This document shows, in pieces, positions 19,001 through 27,727 of a stretch of 48,886 nt of DNA. The position numbers were made by a program, and so were the translations under genes. Within the stretch, counting starts at the first letter, position 1; every line of letters starts with the position of its first letter. The notes below the pieces were generated by a model. The model ran no database searches and had not been told where the DNA came from. It saw only the letters and a program-made list of their open reading frames with translations. Source of the DNA: an uncultured Limibaculum sp. (GTDB taxonomy: Bacteria > Pseudomonadota > Alphaproteobacteria > Rhodobacterales > Rhodobacteraceae); NCBI GenBank assembly GCA_964467005.1, contig CAYXPI010000002.1, forward strand, positions 1-48,886, given 5' to 3'.

Positions 19001-20651
19001 CCGCGGCGCGGCCTCGGGCGGCGGCGATCTCTCCGACCCTCTCGTCGCGCTCTTCGACGCGGTGGGCCGGGAGATCACGTTCGACGACGACGGCGGCGTG
19101 GATCTCGACAGCGAGCTCGTCTTCACGCCCCAGGACAGCGGCATCTACTATGTGAGCGCGGAATCCTACGAAGGGCTCTTCGCCGGCAGCTACACCCTGG
19201 AGCTCGACGCGGCGGGCACGGGCGAACGCGACATCCTGCCGGGCGATCCCAGCACCACCGCGCGCCTGCCGGTCGGCTCCGCCCTCGCCGGCACCCTGGA
19301 CTTCAACGGCGACGAGGACTGGGTGCGCGTCTCGCTCCGCGCGGGCGTCGAGTATCAGATCGACCTCGAGGGCGTGTCGTCCGGCCAGGGCACGCTGGAG
19401 GACCCGGTGCTGGGCGTCTACGATGCCTTCGGCGGGCTCATCGCGAGCGACGACGACGCGGGCGCGGGGCTCGACAGCCAGCTCTTCTTCACCCCGACCG
19501 CGACCGGCGACTACTTCTTGGCCGCGGCGGGTTTCGGCGGGGTCGAGACCGGGACCTTCCTCCTCTCGATCTCGGGCGATGAGACGCTGCAGGAGGTCCC
19601 GGGCGATCCCTCCACCCCCTTCGCGGCGGTGTTCGGCCAGCCCCTCTCCGGCGAGATCGAATTCGGCCCCGACACCGACTGGTACGCGGTCGAGCTCCAG
19701 GCGGGCGCAACCTACGGTTTCGCCCTGTCGGGTCTGGGCGCGGGCCTCGGCACCCTCTCCGACCCTCTCGTCGCACTCTACGACGACGCGGGCGGCTTCC
19801 TCGCCTTCGACGACGACGGCGGCGACGGGCTCGACAGCTTCCTCGAATACACCGCGACCTACACCGGCACCCACTATGTGAGCGCCGAGAGCTTCGGCGC
19901 GGCCACCGGCTCCTACGAGCTCCTGGCCATCGGCCAGGGCGGCGGCCCGGCACCGGTGGACGACATCCCGGTCCTCGCGGAGGGCCGCCTCGTCGCTCAT
20001 GGCGACACGACCACCGGCACCATCGACTTCGTGGACGACCTCGATTTCTTCGCCGTCGATCTCTTCGAGGGCGTGGAATACACCTTCACCCTCGCCGGCG
20101 CGGCGGGCGGCTTCGGCACGCTGGAGGACCCCGGGCTCACCCTGTTCGACGACACGCTCGAGCTCGTGGGCTCGGACGACGACGGCGGCCTCGGGCTCGA
20201 CAGCCAGCTGACCGTGGTCGCGCCCCGCACCGGCACCTACGCCCTGGGCGCGGAGGGGGTGGACGGCACCACAGGCACCTACACGCTGGGCTTCGTCTTC
20301 GCCGAGGACGACGGGTTCTCGGCGGTGACCCAGCCTGGGCAGGAGTTCATTGGCGTGCTCGACTTCGCGGGCGATGTGGACTGGATCCGCGCCGACCTCC
20401 AAGGCGGGGTCACCTACGACGCCTTCCTCGCCGGCAGGGCGACCGACGGCTTCGCGCCGGTCTTCGATCCCATCCTCACCGTGCGCGACGCCCTCGGCTT
20501 CGAGCTCGCGGCCAACGACGACGCCCCGGGCAGCGGCGGCTTCGACAGCGCGGTGACGTTCACCCCGCCGATCGACGGCTCCTACTTCTTCTCGGCCGCC
20601 TCGGTCTCGGGGCAGGAGGCCGACGCCGCCTACAGCCTCTTCATCGCCTGA
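16059..20651 (+). CDS. Large S8 (subtilisin-like) protease with an N-terminal DUF4214/S-layer-anchor-like domain and 8 PPC-like repeats
   Basis: Catalytic triad VAVIDSG / NGHGTNVA / GGTSQAAPQVAG; N-terminal YQIYYNRLPDLPGLDFW and IYENVLGREADIPGLEFW; repeats D.DW....L..G..Y...L.G......L.DP...LYD..G......DDD.G..LDS.L.F.....GTYY. Confidence 0.88.
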   Translation: MISEDLAAQFYRGITRAEPSPADIQTYAAAESETAAIEAIIRDQGAETLRVVTFYQIYYNRLPDLPGLDFWTGVARAPAGISDAALAGAFFGAGEFETIYGGRETEDAVRLIYENVLGREADIPGLEFWTNAVLDPDNNFGLRELGLAFATASETQTTFAPLLDDYLTDLAEVDTAPASLFSYTDKDGGGGTRFNGAEGKSTTTSIQILDKGTPVELLNTGDLGADNAVAADIMNLTALRNDPRFQGIDGSGFTVAVIDSGIDLDHPAFGRLTNGVSERIVAAIDFTPEFDGPDDINGHGTNVASIVASEDPQYLGVAPGANIAGLQALQADGRGSNADIEQSLRWVLENANAYNIVAVNLSLGNGSNLNRAAPNPSGYADELAALRSIGVVVTSSAGNEYYTYQEPGTSDLAADPNVISVGALWDQSVQNFFWNSGAKDFVSTAGDITSFSQRATDPSIDTIFAPGALIVGAAPGGGTAALGGTSQAAPQVAGLVALAQEIAVQYLGRLLTPQEFEAALRAGATTVSDAETPNDNVRNTNAVFQQVDALAMAEAILAIGGIDDPGGPIDPPPGAEDPIPGDATTTAVIAPGGAVQSVVDFEFDSDWFRIDLVGGEVYTFRLQGAPSGNGTLADPLVAIRDEAGRVLASDDDSGLEVESELGFVAPETGTYFLEARAFEGGTGTYLLSAEGQAVSGDLPAGPSTPSVLTPGTAVASEIDELGDHDWHRLDVTPGTTYSIFLTGLTLEDPVLQLFASDGTLLGANDDFDGLDSALAFNAEAAGSVFVDAGAFADNGTGTYEVFVQIESPGGGGGDIPGDPSTAARLAPGDTVEGVLDFTGDTDWYRLDLDAGVNYEFALLGASSGVGNLEDPLVALYDAAGVELAFNDDAPGTLDSLLEFRPISDGTYYVSAESYDGASAGSYRLSMAASGGGGGGGDLPGDVTTPAVIAPGEAVADVLETPGDVDWFATELFAGTTYTIALRGAASGGGDLSDPLVALFDAVGREITFDDDGGVDLDSELVFTPQDSGIYYVSAESYEGLFAGSYTLELDAAGTGERDILPGDPSTTARLPVGSALAGTLDFNGDEDWVRVSLRAGVEYQIDLEGVSSGQGTLEDPVLGVYDAFGGLIASDDDAGAGLDSQLFFTPTATGDYFLAAAGFGGVETGTFLLSISGDETLQEVPGDPSTPFAAVFGQPLSGEIEFGPDTDWYAVELQAGATYGFALSGLGAGLGTLSDPLVALYDDAGGFLAFDDDGGDGLDSFLEYTATYTGTHYVSAESFGAATGSYELLAIGQGGGPAPVDDIPVLAEGRLVAHGDTTTGTIDFVDDLDFFAVDLFEGVEYTFTLAGAAGGFGTLEDPGLTLFDDTLELVGSDDDGGLGLDSQLTVVAPRTGTYALGAEGVDGTTGTYTLGFVFAEDDGFSAVTQPGQEFIGVLDFAGDVDWIRADLQGGVTYDAFLAGRATDGFAPVFDPILTVRDALGFELAANDDAPGSGGFDSAVTFTPPIDGSYFFSAASVSGQEADAAYSLFIA
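17780..20650 (+). repeat. Eight tandem PPC-like domain repeats of about 115-125 aa
   Basis: Units begin DPIPGD, GDLPAG, GDIPGD, GDLPGD, DILPGD, EVPGD, DDIPV and SAVTQPG, each with D.DW/DF and DP motifs. Confidence 0.8.
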
Positions 20652-20657
20652 GGCACC

Positions 20658-20687
20658 GGGCCCGCTCCTTCTGGGGGCGGGCCCTTT
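20658..20687 (+). terminator. Rho-independent terminator between convergent genes
   Basis: Hairpin GGGCCCGCTCC-TTCTG-GGGGCGGGCCC followed by TTT immediately after the protease stop. Confidence 0.7.
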
Positions 20688-22837
20688 CAGTAGCGGGACT
20701 GCTTGCGCCGGATCGCCCCGGCCTCTTCCGAGATCGCCAGCGCATCGGCGAGCGTCTCCACCCCCTTCGCCTCCAGAACCGGGATGAGGTGGCAGAGCAC
20801 CTCCGCCGTCGCGATCGCATCCGTGAGCGCCGTGTGCCGCGCCCCCGAGCCGCCGGCGAAGGAGGTGCCGAAGCGCTCCGCCAGCGCGTCCAGCCGGTGG
20901 TCCGCCCCCTGCCCGAAGAGATGCGCGGAGAGAAGCACCGTGTCGAGCACGGGCATGTCGAATTTGAGCCCGATGAGGCTCTCCTTGAGCTGGAGGAATT
21001 TGAGGTCGAAGGGCGCGTTATGCGCCACCAGCACCGCGTCCGCCGCGAAGGCGTGGAAGGCCTTCAGCGCCTCGCCCACCTCGGGCTGGCCGGCCACCAT
21101 CTCATCGGTGATGCCATGCACCCGGGTCGATGCCGCGGGGATGCGCCGCTTGGGGTCCACCAGCTGCTCGTAGCTCTCGCCGGAGATGAGCCGTCCGTTG
21201 ACCACGCGCACGGCCCCGATCTGCACGATCTCGTCGCCCGCCGAGGGGAAGAGCCCCGTCGTTTCGGTGTCGAACACCACGAAGGTGAGCGCCGAGAGCG
21301 CGCGGGCCGACATGTCCTCCGGCACATCGCGTGCGAGAAGACCGAAATCGTAGAACTCGGGGCGCTCCGGCAGCACCGTGAGGGGCGCGCTCTCATGGTC
21401 CTCCACGGCGGTGGGAAGCGGCAGGCGGAGGCGCGCGCGGCCCGCGAGGGTCTCCTCGGACCACATCTCCGTGCGGTGGTGGATCAGCACGTCGCGGCCC
21501 GTGAGCCCGGCGAGGCTCGGGGTGAGCGGCTCGGCGAGCCAGGCGTCCATCAAGGCCTCCGGCAGGGGGTCGCCCTCCCATTCGAGGTCGAGATACACAT
21601 GCACGCCCCCATACTCGCCGGAGAGCGCGATCTCCCTTGCGCCGAGGGCCTGCCCGAGCCGGGCGCCGAGGAGGGTGAGGAGGTCGACGAGGGTGAAGCT
21701 GTCGGCGTGGAGCCAGACGGCCGCGCCACGGTGGCCGAGGCTCGGGCCGCCCTCGCCCGCCAGCCGGTCGCGCACGCAGGCGGCGAGTTCGTTGGTGGAG
21801 ACGTCGTTCATCGACCAGCTGCCCACCCGCAGCTCGTTGTACGCGCCGGCAAGCTCGTCGATCCGCCGGGCGAGGCTCTGGGACTCTTGGCCGATGACCG
21901 AGATGAAGCGCTCCTGCATCTCCGCGCCCATGTCTGGGGCCGCGCCCAGAATGTCGACGGCGGCGCGAAGGTTGGCGGCGGGCCGGCGGAGGCCTTCGAG
22001 CATCTCCTTCAAGAGATGGTCCCGCGCCGCGTGGTCCGAGATCACGGCGGTTGCGTCGCGCAGCGTGGCGACAAAGCCCTCCATCTGGCTGCCATCCGCG
22101 TTCAAGATCAGCGAGATCTGCCCTTGCAGCGTGAGCCGCCCGTCGCGCGTCGCGCAGACGACCTCCACGCTCTGCCAGTCTCGCCTGGTGCGCGCCTCGG
22201 GCGAGGCGAAGCGCTCCGAGAGCCGTTCGAGCGCGTGGCGGATGGGCTCCTCGGTCACGAGGCGAAGGAGCGAGCGGCCGAGCCCGATTTGCCCCGAGAT
22301 CCCGAGAAGCCGCTGGGCCTCGCCGTTGTAAAGGAGGATCTCCTTCTTGAGATTGCAGATGAGCACGCATTCGCGCAGATCGCGGAGCACGGCCTCGAGC
22401 TGTGCCTTCTCGGCCAGCACGGCCTCGAGCGCCGACGCCGCCACCCGGTCGGTCTCCCCGCGGGCCGCGCTCAGCGCCTCGGCCACCCGACGGGCCGCGG
22501 GGCCGAGCTCGCCCAGATAGCGCGCGGCCTCGGTCTCGATCTCCGCACTGGCCGCCTTCGAATGCGCCCGCGTCTCCAACTCGCCGGAGAGGAGCTGGAT
22601 CGGCCGCGCGACGTTCTCGTCGAAGAGCTGCCAGATCCAGGCCGTGAGGAGGAGAACCGCGCCGCCCCCGATCAGCCCTGCGAGGACGAGATGCGGCGTC
22701 GCCTCCGGCAAGGTCTCCGCCCCCATGCGGCTGGCGGCGAAGACCAGCGCCCCGGCGATGGCCGCGGCCCCGCCGAGACCGACAACCGCGAAGAGGAGGA
22801 AGATCCGGAGGCGAAGGCTCCAGTCCTCAAGTCGCAT
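20687..22837 (-). CDS. Membrane-anchored PAS / kinase-like / DEDDh 3'-5' exonuclease (DnaQ-like) fusion
   Basis: Two N-terminal TM helices; PAS-like LRDLRECVLICN....ILLYN; DHp-like LRRPAANLRAA; exonuclease motifs FVVFDTETTG, AHNAPFD and RHTALTDA. Confidence 0.85.
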   Translation of the reverse strand: MRLEDWSLRLRIFLLFAVVGLGGAAAIAGALVFAASRMGAETLPEATPHLVLAGLIGGGAVLLLTAWIWQLFDENVARPIQLLSGELETRAHSKAASAEIETEAARYLGELGPAARRVAEALSAARGETDRVAASALEAVLAEKAQLEAVLRDLRECVLICNLKKEILLYNGEAQRLLGISGQIGLGRSLLRLVTEEPIRHALERLSERFASPEARTRRDWQSVEVVCATRDGRLTLQGQISLILNADGSQMEGFVATLRDATAVISDHAARDHLLKEMLEGLRRPAANLRAAVDILGAAPDMGAEMQERFISVIGQESQSLARRIDELAGAYNELRVGSWSMNDVSTNELAACVRDRLAGEGGPSLGHRGAAVWLHADSFTLVDLLTLLGARLGQALGAREIALSGEYGGVHVYLDLEWEGDPLPEALMDAWLAEPLTPSLAGLTGRDVLIHHRTEMWSEETLAGRARLRLPLPTAVEDHESAPLTVLPERPEFYDFGLLARDVPEDMSARALSALTFVVFDTETTGLFPSAGDEIVQIGAVRVVNGRLISGESYEQLVDPKRRIPAASTRVHGITDEMVAGQPEVGEALKAFHAFAADAVLVAHNAPFDLKFLQLKESLIGLKFDMPVLDTVLLSAHLFGQGADHRLDALAERFGTSFAGGSGARHTALTDAIATAEVLCHLIPVLEAKGVETLADALAISEEAGAIRRKQSRY

Positions 22838-23237
22838 CGGCCGGGGCGGGCGCGGCGGCCTCGGCCGGCGCATCGGCCAGGAGACGCTGCACCCGGCGCG
22901 AAAGCTCCTCGACCCCGAAGGGCTTTGAGAAGAACGCGTCCGCCCCGAGGGCCAGCGCCTTCTCGCCCTCGATGGGCCCGCCTTTGGCGGTGAGGATCAC
23001 GATCTTCACATCCGCAAGCTCCGGATCCCGGCGCATGGTCTGGCACACATCGTAGCCGTCGCGCTTCGGCATCATCACGTCGAGCACCACGAGATCGGGC
23101 TTCTTCTCGCGCATGCATTGCAGGGCGGATTCCCCGTCGCCCACCGTGCGCACGTCGTAGCCGTCGCGGCGCATGAGAAACTCGAGGGAAAACGCGATGT
23201 TGGGCTCGTCGTCGACGAGCAGCACCGAGCGGGTCAT
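22827..23237 (-). CDS. Single-domain response regulator (receiver only)
   Basis: VLLVDDEPN, LVVLDVMMP, ILTAK and SKPF; overlaps both neighbours. Confidence 0.92.
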   Translation of the reverse strand: MTRSVLLVDDEPNIAFSLEFLMRRDGYDVRTVGDGESALQCMREKKPDLVVLDVMMPKRDGYDVCQTMRRDPELADVKIVILTAKGGPIEGEKALALGADAFFSKPFGVEELSRRVQRLLADAPAEAAAPAPADAT

Positions 23238-23779
23238 GGGCGGTCCTCCGTGGGGCTTCGGCCGCTCTTGCAGGCGGCATCTATGAGAGCATCTTGGCTC
23301 CCCGGGTCGATCCAGTCGAGTGTGTCGAGGGGCGGCGGGTAGCCGCTCAGCAGGCCGTCCCACTGCTCTGGGCTGAGCGCGGCGCGGCGTTCGCCCTGGC
23401 AGTCGAACATATGGGGGATGCGGCGCTCGTCCATAAAGCGCTCGCGCAGGATCACCGTCCCGACCTTCATCCCCTCGTGCTCGCGCCGGCGGAGATCGAC
23501 GGCGGCGAAGCGCACGATGCGGGGGGCGGCGAGCGTCCAGGGCTGGAACACGCTCTGATGCTCGAAGGTTTGGGCGACGACGGTGTCGGTGCGGAGCGCG
23601 GCGACGGCCCTCTCGTACCAAGTGTATTCGTTCCAGAGGAGGAAGGCGAACATCGCGAGCCCGCCCGCCACCGGCGCGAGCCAGCGCGGAAGGCCCCCGG
23701 GCACCAGGCGCCCCAGGGCGAAGACGAGCCCCGCGGCCCCAAGCCCGAGCGCAACGGTGGCGATGAGAATGAACACCAT
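23234..23779 (-). CDS. Hypothetical membrane-anchored protein (181 aa)
   Basis: Two N-terminal hydrophobic helices ending LWNEYTWY; ATGA-coupled to the receiver gene within the operon. Confidence 0.75.
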   Translation of the reverse strand: MVFILIATVALGLGAAGLVFALGRLVPGGLPRWLAPVAGGLAMFAFLLWNEYTWYERAVAALRTDTVVAQTFEHQSVFQPWTLAAPRIVRFAAVDLRRREHEGMKVGTVILRERFMDERRIPHMFDCQGERRAALSPEQWDGLLSGYPPPLDTLDWIDPGSQDALIDAACKSGRSPTEDRP

Positions 23780-23788
23780 GGCCGGGCC

Positions 23789-25621
23789 TCACGCCACCGT
23801 CTGCCGCCCTTGGGCGACGGCGGACTGCATGGTCTTCACCACGATGAAGGCGTTCTTGAGGTGGTGCCGCTCGAGATCGGAGAGGGTGGCGGGGCTCATG
23901 AAGTTGTCGGGCTTGGCGCCTTTGCGGATCAGCGCCGCCTGGTGCTTGAGCCGGGTCTCGGCGATGAGATCGTAGGCGGCGATCAGGTCGCGCCCGCCCG
24001 TCTCCGAGAGGGTGCCGGCGGCCTGCGCCGCGTCGAGCCGGGCCCGGGTGTTCACGGCCGTCAGCCCGCCCATGAGCGCGTAGAGCCGCGCGAGGTCGAC
24101 AATCGGCACCACGCCGTTGTGTTTGAGGTCGAGCGCGTTCTTGTGCTCGCCGGAGCGGATGAGCGCAAAGCCCCGGAAGAGCGAGAGCGGCGGCTGATGG
24201 GTGAGCGAGTTCGCCACCATATGGGCGATGAAGATCGAGTTCGCCCGAGCCTTCTTAAGCGTCTCGGCCTGGAGGCCCTCGAAGAGCCCCGCTTCGCCCG
24301 CGATGGGGCGGAGATCGAACATCACCGAGGCGAGCATCCGCGCCTCCGGATCGGGTGTGGCGATCCAGCCCGCGAAGTAGCTCCGCCATTTGTGGAGCGG
24401 CTGGCGCCAGCGTGGGGCCGTCGCCATCATATCGCCCGGGCAGTAGAAGAAGCCGCAGGCGTCGAGTCCGTCGGAGACGAACTTGGCGAGCTCGGCGAAA
24501 TAGGCGTCGTCCTCGGGCGTCGCCGCGTCGTCGAGGATGAGGCAGTTGTCCTGGTCGCTGACTCCCGTCTGCTCCTGGCGCCCCTGGCTGCCGCACACCG
24601 CCCAGAGATAGGGGACGGGCGGAGGCCCGAGCCGCTCCTCGGCCAGCGCGATCAGCCGGCGGGTGAGCGCGTCGGTGACGTTGGTGACAAGCCGGGTGAC
24701 CACCTGGTGCTCGGCGCCCGAGCCGACGAGGGTGGCGAGGAACTCGGGCACCTTGGCGACCGTGGCGGCGAGGTCCTCGATTTTGTCCTTCCGTGCGATC
24801 TCCGAGAGAAGCATCGGGGTCGACAGCGCCTGGCGCATCACAAGGTCGGACCGCGTGACGATGCCGACCGGACGCTCGCCCTCGACGATGGGGAGGTGGC
24901 CGATCCCGCGCTCCACCATGGCCGTGATCGCCTCGAGGCTGAGATCGGCGGGGGAGAGGGCGATGGGCCGCGCGGTCATCACTTCCGCAAGCGGCGTGTC
25001 CGCTGGGCGCCGCTCGGCCAGAACCCGCGCGCAGAGATCGGAGGTGGTGAGGATGCCGACGAGCCGGCCCGCCTCGGCGATCAGAACGCAGGAGATCCCC
25101 TTCTCGCGCATGAGGGTGGCCGCGTGGGCGGCGGTGTCGGCCGGGCTCAGCGTCACGGGGCGCGGGCTCATGATCTCCGAGACGCGGATCATGCCGAGAT
25201 CGGGGGCGGGCTCGCGTTCCGGCGGGGCGGCGGCGCCGGGCTCGCGGCCGAAGAAGCGGGCGAAGCCGGCCTCGCGCCCCATCAGCGCGAGGAAGCTGGC
25301 GGCGGGCACGCAGACGAGCGTGGTCGCCTCGCGGGCGGTGGCGGTGTAGGGCGCGCGTCCGTCGAGGAGGAGGCCGCGCTCGCCGAAGCATTCGCCGGGG
25401 GAGAGGCGGGAGATGACGTCGCCGGCCTCGGAGGTGATCTCCACCGAGCCTTCGGCGATGGCGTAGAGGCCATCGACCGTGGCGCCGATCCGGTAGACGG
25501 TCTCGCCGGGGGCGAGGGTCACCTCGCGGGTGGCGGCCACGGTTGCGGCGCGGGCCTCTGGGCCCAGGGTGTCGAAGGGGTGGTGCGTCGCGAAGAAGCG
25601 CTCGACGGTCTCGGGATCCAT
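23789..25621 (-). CDS. cNMP-binding / CBS-pair / DUF294 nucleotidyltransferase-like protein
   Basis: cNMP motif GECFGERGLL; two CBS domains (GILTTSDL, GIVTRSDL); NTase signature GSQGRQEQTGVSDQDN; CPGDMMAT.P.WRQP; DLKHNGVVPIVDLAR. Confidence 0.92.
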   Translation of the reverse strand: MDPETVERFFATHHPFDTLGPEARAATVAATREVTLAPGETVYRIGATVDGLYAIAEGSVEITSEAGDVISRLSPGECFGERGLLLDGRAPYTATAREATTLVCVPAASFLALMGREAGFARFFGREPGAAAPPEREPAPDLGMIRVSEIMSPRPVTLSPADTAAHAATLMREKGISCVLIAEAGRLVGILTTSDLCARVLAERRPADTPLAEVMTARPIALSPADLSLEAITAMVERGIGHLPIVEGERPVGIVTRSDLVMRQALSTPMLLSEIARKDKIEDLAATVAKVPEFLATLVGSGAEHQVVTRLVTNVTDALTRRLIALAEERLGPPPVPYLWAVCGSQGRQEQTGVSDQDNCLILDDAATPEDDAYFAELAKFVSDGLDACGFFYCPGDMMATAPRWRQPLHKWRSYFAGWIATPDPEARMLASVMFDLRPIAGEAGLFEGLQAETLKKARANSIFIAHMVANSLTHQPPLSLFRGFALIRSGEHKNALDLKHNGVVPIVDLARLYALMGGLTAVNTRARLDAAQAAGTLSETGGRDLIAAYDLIAETRLKHQAALIRKGAKPDNFMSPATLSDLERHHLKNAFIVVKTMQSAVAQGRQTVA

Positions 25622-25649
25622 GTTCGGCGCTCCCTGCCGGAAGGGGGTG

Positions 25650-25675
25650 ACCGGCGCGGGGGCTCCCGCGCCGGT
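25650..25675 (-). terminator. Intergenic stem-loop after the symporter gene (partial terminator or mRNA stabiliser)
   Basis: Perfect 11-bp stem ACCGGCGCGGG-GGCT-CCCGCGCCGGT, without a strong U tract. Confidence 0.55.
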
Positions 25676-25687
25676 GGTGTCAGGCGA

Positions 25688-27457
25688 TCAGTGCTCGACC
25701 GCGGTGCCGGCCCCTTTCGGGATCCGGATGCTCTCGACGAGCGCGCGGATTTCCTTCGGCGGCTCTTTCGACATCACGGAGACCACATAGGCCACCGCGA
25801 AGTTGACGAGCGCGCCCACCGCGCCGAACGCCTCCGGCGCGATGCCGAGGAAGTGGTTTGCCGTCGTGTTCTCGAACATCGCCGTGCCGGGGATGAAGAA
25901 CCACCCCTTGAAGGCGAAGATGTAGAGAAGCGTGACGGTGAGGCCCGACAGCATGCCGAAGATCGCCCCGATGTTGTTGATGCGGGTCGAGAAGATGCCC
26001 ATCATCAACGCCGGGAAGATCGAGGAGGCCGCGAGGCCGAAGGCGAGCGCCACGACCTGTGCCGCAAAGCCGGGTGGGTTCAAGCCGAGATAGGCCGCGA
26101 TGCAGATCGCCACGCCCATCGAGACCCGCGCCGCCAGGAGCTCTCCCTTCTCCGACATGTTGGGCATGAAGGTGCCCTTCAGGAGATCGTGGGAGACCGC
26201 CGAGGAGATGGCCATCAGGAGCCCCGCCGCGGTGGAGAGCGCCGCCGCGAGGCCGCCGGCGGCGACGATCGCGATCACCCAGTTTGGCAGCTGCGCGATC
26301 TCCGGGTTGGCGAGCACCATGATGTCTCGGTCGACCGTGAGCTCGTTGCCGGCCCAGGCGGGGTCGATCAGGTTGCCCTCACCGGGGGTCGCGCTCTCGT
26401 TGTAGTACTGGATGCGGCCGTCGCCGTTCTTGTCCTCGAAGGAGAGGAGGCCGGTCGTCTCCCAGTTCTTGAACCAGTCGGGACGTTCGTCATAGACGAG
26501 CGCCTCGGCCTGCGGCCCGTTGGGGTAGATCGTGTCGGTGAGGTTGAGCCGCGCCATGGCGCCCACGCCCGGGGCCACGGTGTAGAGAAGGGCGATGAAG
26601 ACGAGCGCCCAGCCGGCCGACCAGCGGGCATCCGCCACCTTCGGCACGGTGAAGAAGCGGATGATCACGTGGGGCAGGCCCGCGGTGCCGATCATCAGCG
26701 AGAGCGTGTAGAGGAGGATGTTGAGCGTCCCTCCGTCCTGCGCCGTGTACTGTGTGAAGCCGAGCTCCTGCACCACGGTGTCGAGCCGGGTGAGCAGCGG
26801 CACGCCCGATTCCGTGTGGGTGGAGAAGAGCCCGATCTGCGGCAGCACGTTGCCCGTGAGCTCGAGCGAGATGAACACCGCCGGGATGGTGTAGGCGACG
26901 ATCAGCACGCAGTACTGGGCGATCTGGGTGTAGGTGATGCCCTTCATGCCGCCCTGCACCGCGTAGAGGAACACGATGCCGGTGCCGATGAGCAGGCCCG
27001 TGGTCGCGTCCACCTCGAGGAAGCGGGAGAAGGCGACGCCCACGCCCTTCATCTGCCCGATCACGTAGGTGATGGACGCGACGATGAGGCACACGACGGC
27101 CACGATCCGCGCCGTCGACGAGTAGAAGCGGTCGCCGATGAACTCAGGGACCGTGAACTTGCCGAATTTGCGCAAGTAGGGCGCGAGGAGCATGGCGAGG
27201 AGCACGTAGCCCCCGGTCCAGCCCATGAGGAACACCGAGGCGTCGTAGCCGCGGAAGGCGATGAGGCCGGCCATCGAGATGAAGGAGGCCGCCGACATCC
27301 AGTCCGCCGCCGTGGCCATGCCGTTCGCCACTGGGTGGATGCCGCGGCCCGCTGCGTAGAACTCGCCCGTGGTGCCCGCACGGGCCCAGAAGGCGATGCC
27401 GATGTAGAGCGCGAAAGACGCGCCCACGACGATGTAGGTGAGGGTGGTGAGATCCAT
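25688..27457 (-). CDS. actP: Sodium:solute symporter, ActP-like (probable acetate/monocarboxylate permease)
   Basis: NGMATAADWMSAASFISMAG, APYLRKFGKFTVPEFIGDRFYS, GGMKGITYTQIAQY, GTAGLPHVIIRFFTVP and AAALSTAAGLL. Confidence 0.88.
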   Translation of the reverse strand: MDLTTLTYIVVGASFALYIGIAFWARAGTTGEFYAAGRGIHPVANGMATAADWMSAASFISMAGLIAFRGYDASVFLMGWTGGYVLLAMLLAPYLRKFGKFTVPEFIGDRFYSSTARIVAVVCLIVASITYVIGQMKGVGVAFSRFLEVDATTGLLIGTGIVFLYAVQGGMKGITYTQIAQYCVLIVAYTIPAVFISLELTGNVLPQIGLFSTHTESGVPLLTRLDTVVQELGFTQYTAQDGGTLNILLYTLSLMIGTAGLPHVIIRFFTVPKVADARWSAGWALVFIALLYTVAPGVGAMARLNLTDTIYPNGPQAEALVYDERPDWFKNWETTGLLSFEDKNGDGRIQYYNESATPGEGNLIDPAWAGNELTVDRDIMVLANPEIAQLPNWVIAIVAAGGLAAALSTAAGLLMAISSAVSHDLLKGTFMPNMSEKGELLAARVSMGVAICIAAYLGLNPPGFAAQVVALAFGLAASSIFPALMMGIFSTRINNIGAIFGMLSGLTVTLLYIFAFKGWFFIPGTAMFENTTANHFLGIAPEAFGAVGALVNFAVAYVVSVMSKEPPKEIRALVESIRIPKGAGTAVEH

Positions 27458-27460
27458 CCG

Positions 27461-27727
27461 TCAGTCCTCCTGCACGCCGAATTTCTTGTCGATCGAGTTC
27501 ATCGCGATCGCATAGGCGAAGATCAGGATGAGAAAGACGTAGATCGAGCCTTGCTGGGCGAACCAGAAGCCGAGATCGGTGCCGCCCACGGGAATCGCCG
27601 ACAGCAGGGGCCGCAGGAGGATCCCGAAGCCGAAAGACACGACGCCCCAGATGATGAGGCAGATCGTCATGAGGCGCACATTGGCCTTCCAGTAGTCGTT
27701 GTCGTTGGTGTTTTGCTCTTCCGCCAT
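27461..27727 (-). CDS. DUF4212 small membrane partner of ActP-like symporters
   Basis: YWKANVRLM...LGFWFAQQGSIYVF; GAAGGAAGGA RBS. Confidence 0.9.
   Translation of the reverse strand: MAEEQNTNDNDYWKANVRLMTICLIIWGVVSFGFGILLRPLLSAIPVGGTDLGFWFAQQGSIYVFLILIFAYAIAMNSIDKKFGVQED

Noticed and set aside
14040-20402. 2120-aa minus-strand ORF
   Set aside because: Antisense shadow of ntpA and the S8 protease, expected from high GC3 codon bias; no recognisable motifs.
17780-20650. CRISPR-like or non-coding DNA repeats
   Set aside because: The recurrent sequences are degenerate in-frame protein domain repeats; there is no repeat-spacer array or cas gene in the window.
20687-21320. Replicative DNA polymerase III epsilon (dnaQ)
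   Set aside because: The DEDDh domain is fused to TM/PAS/kinase-like domains inside a transporter operon; it is not the replisome subunit.
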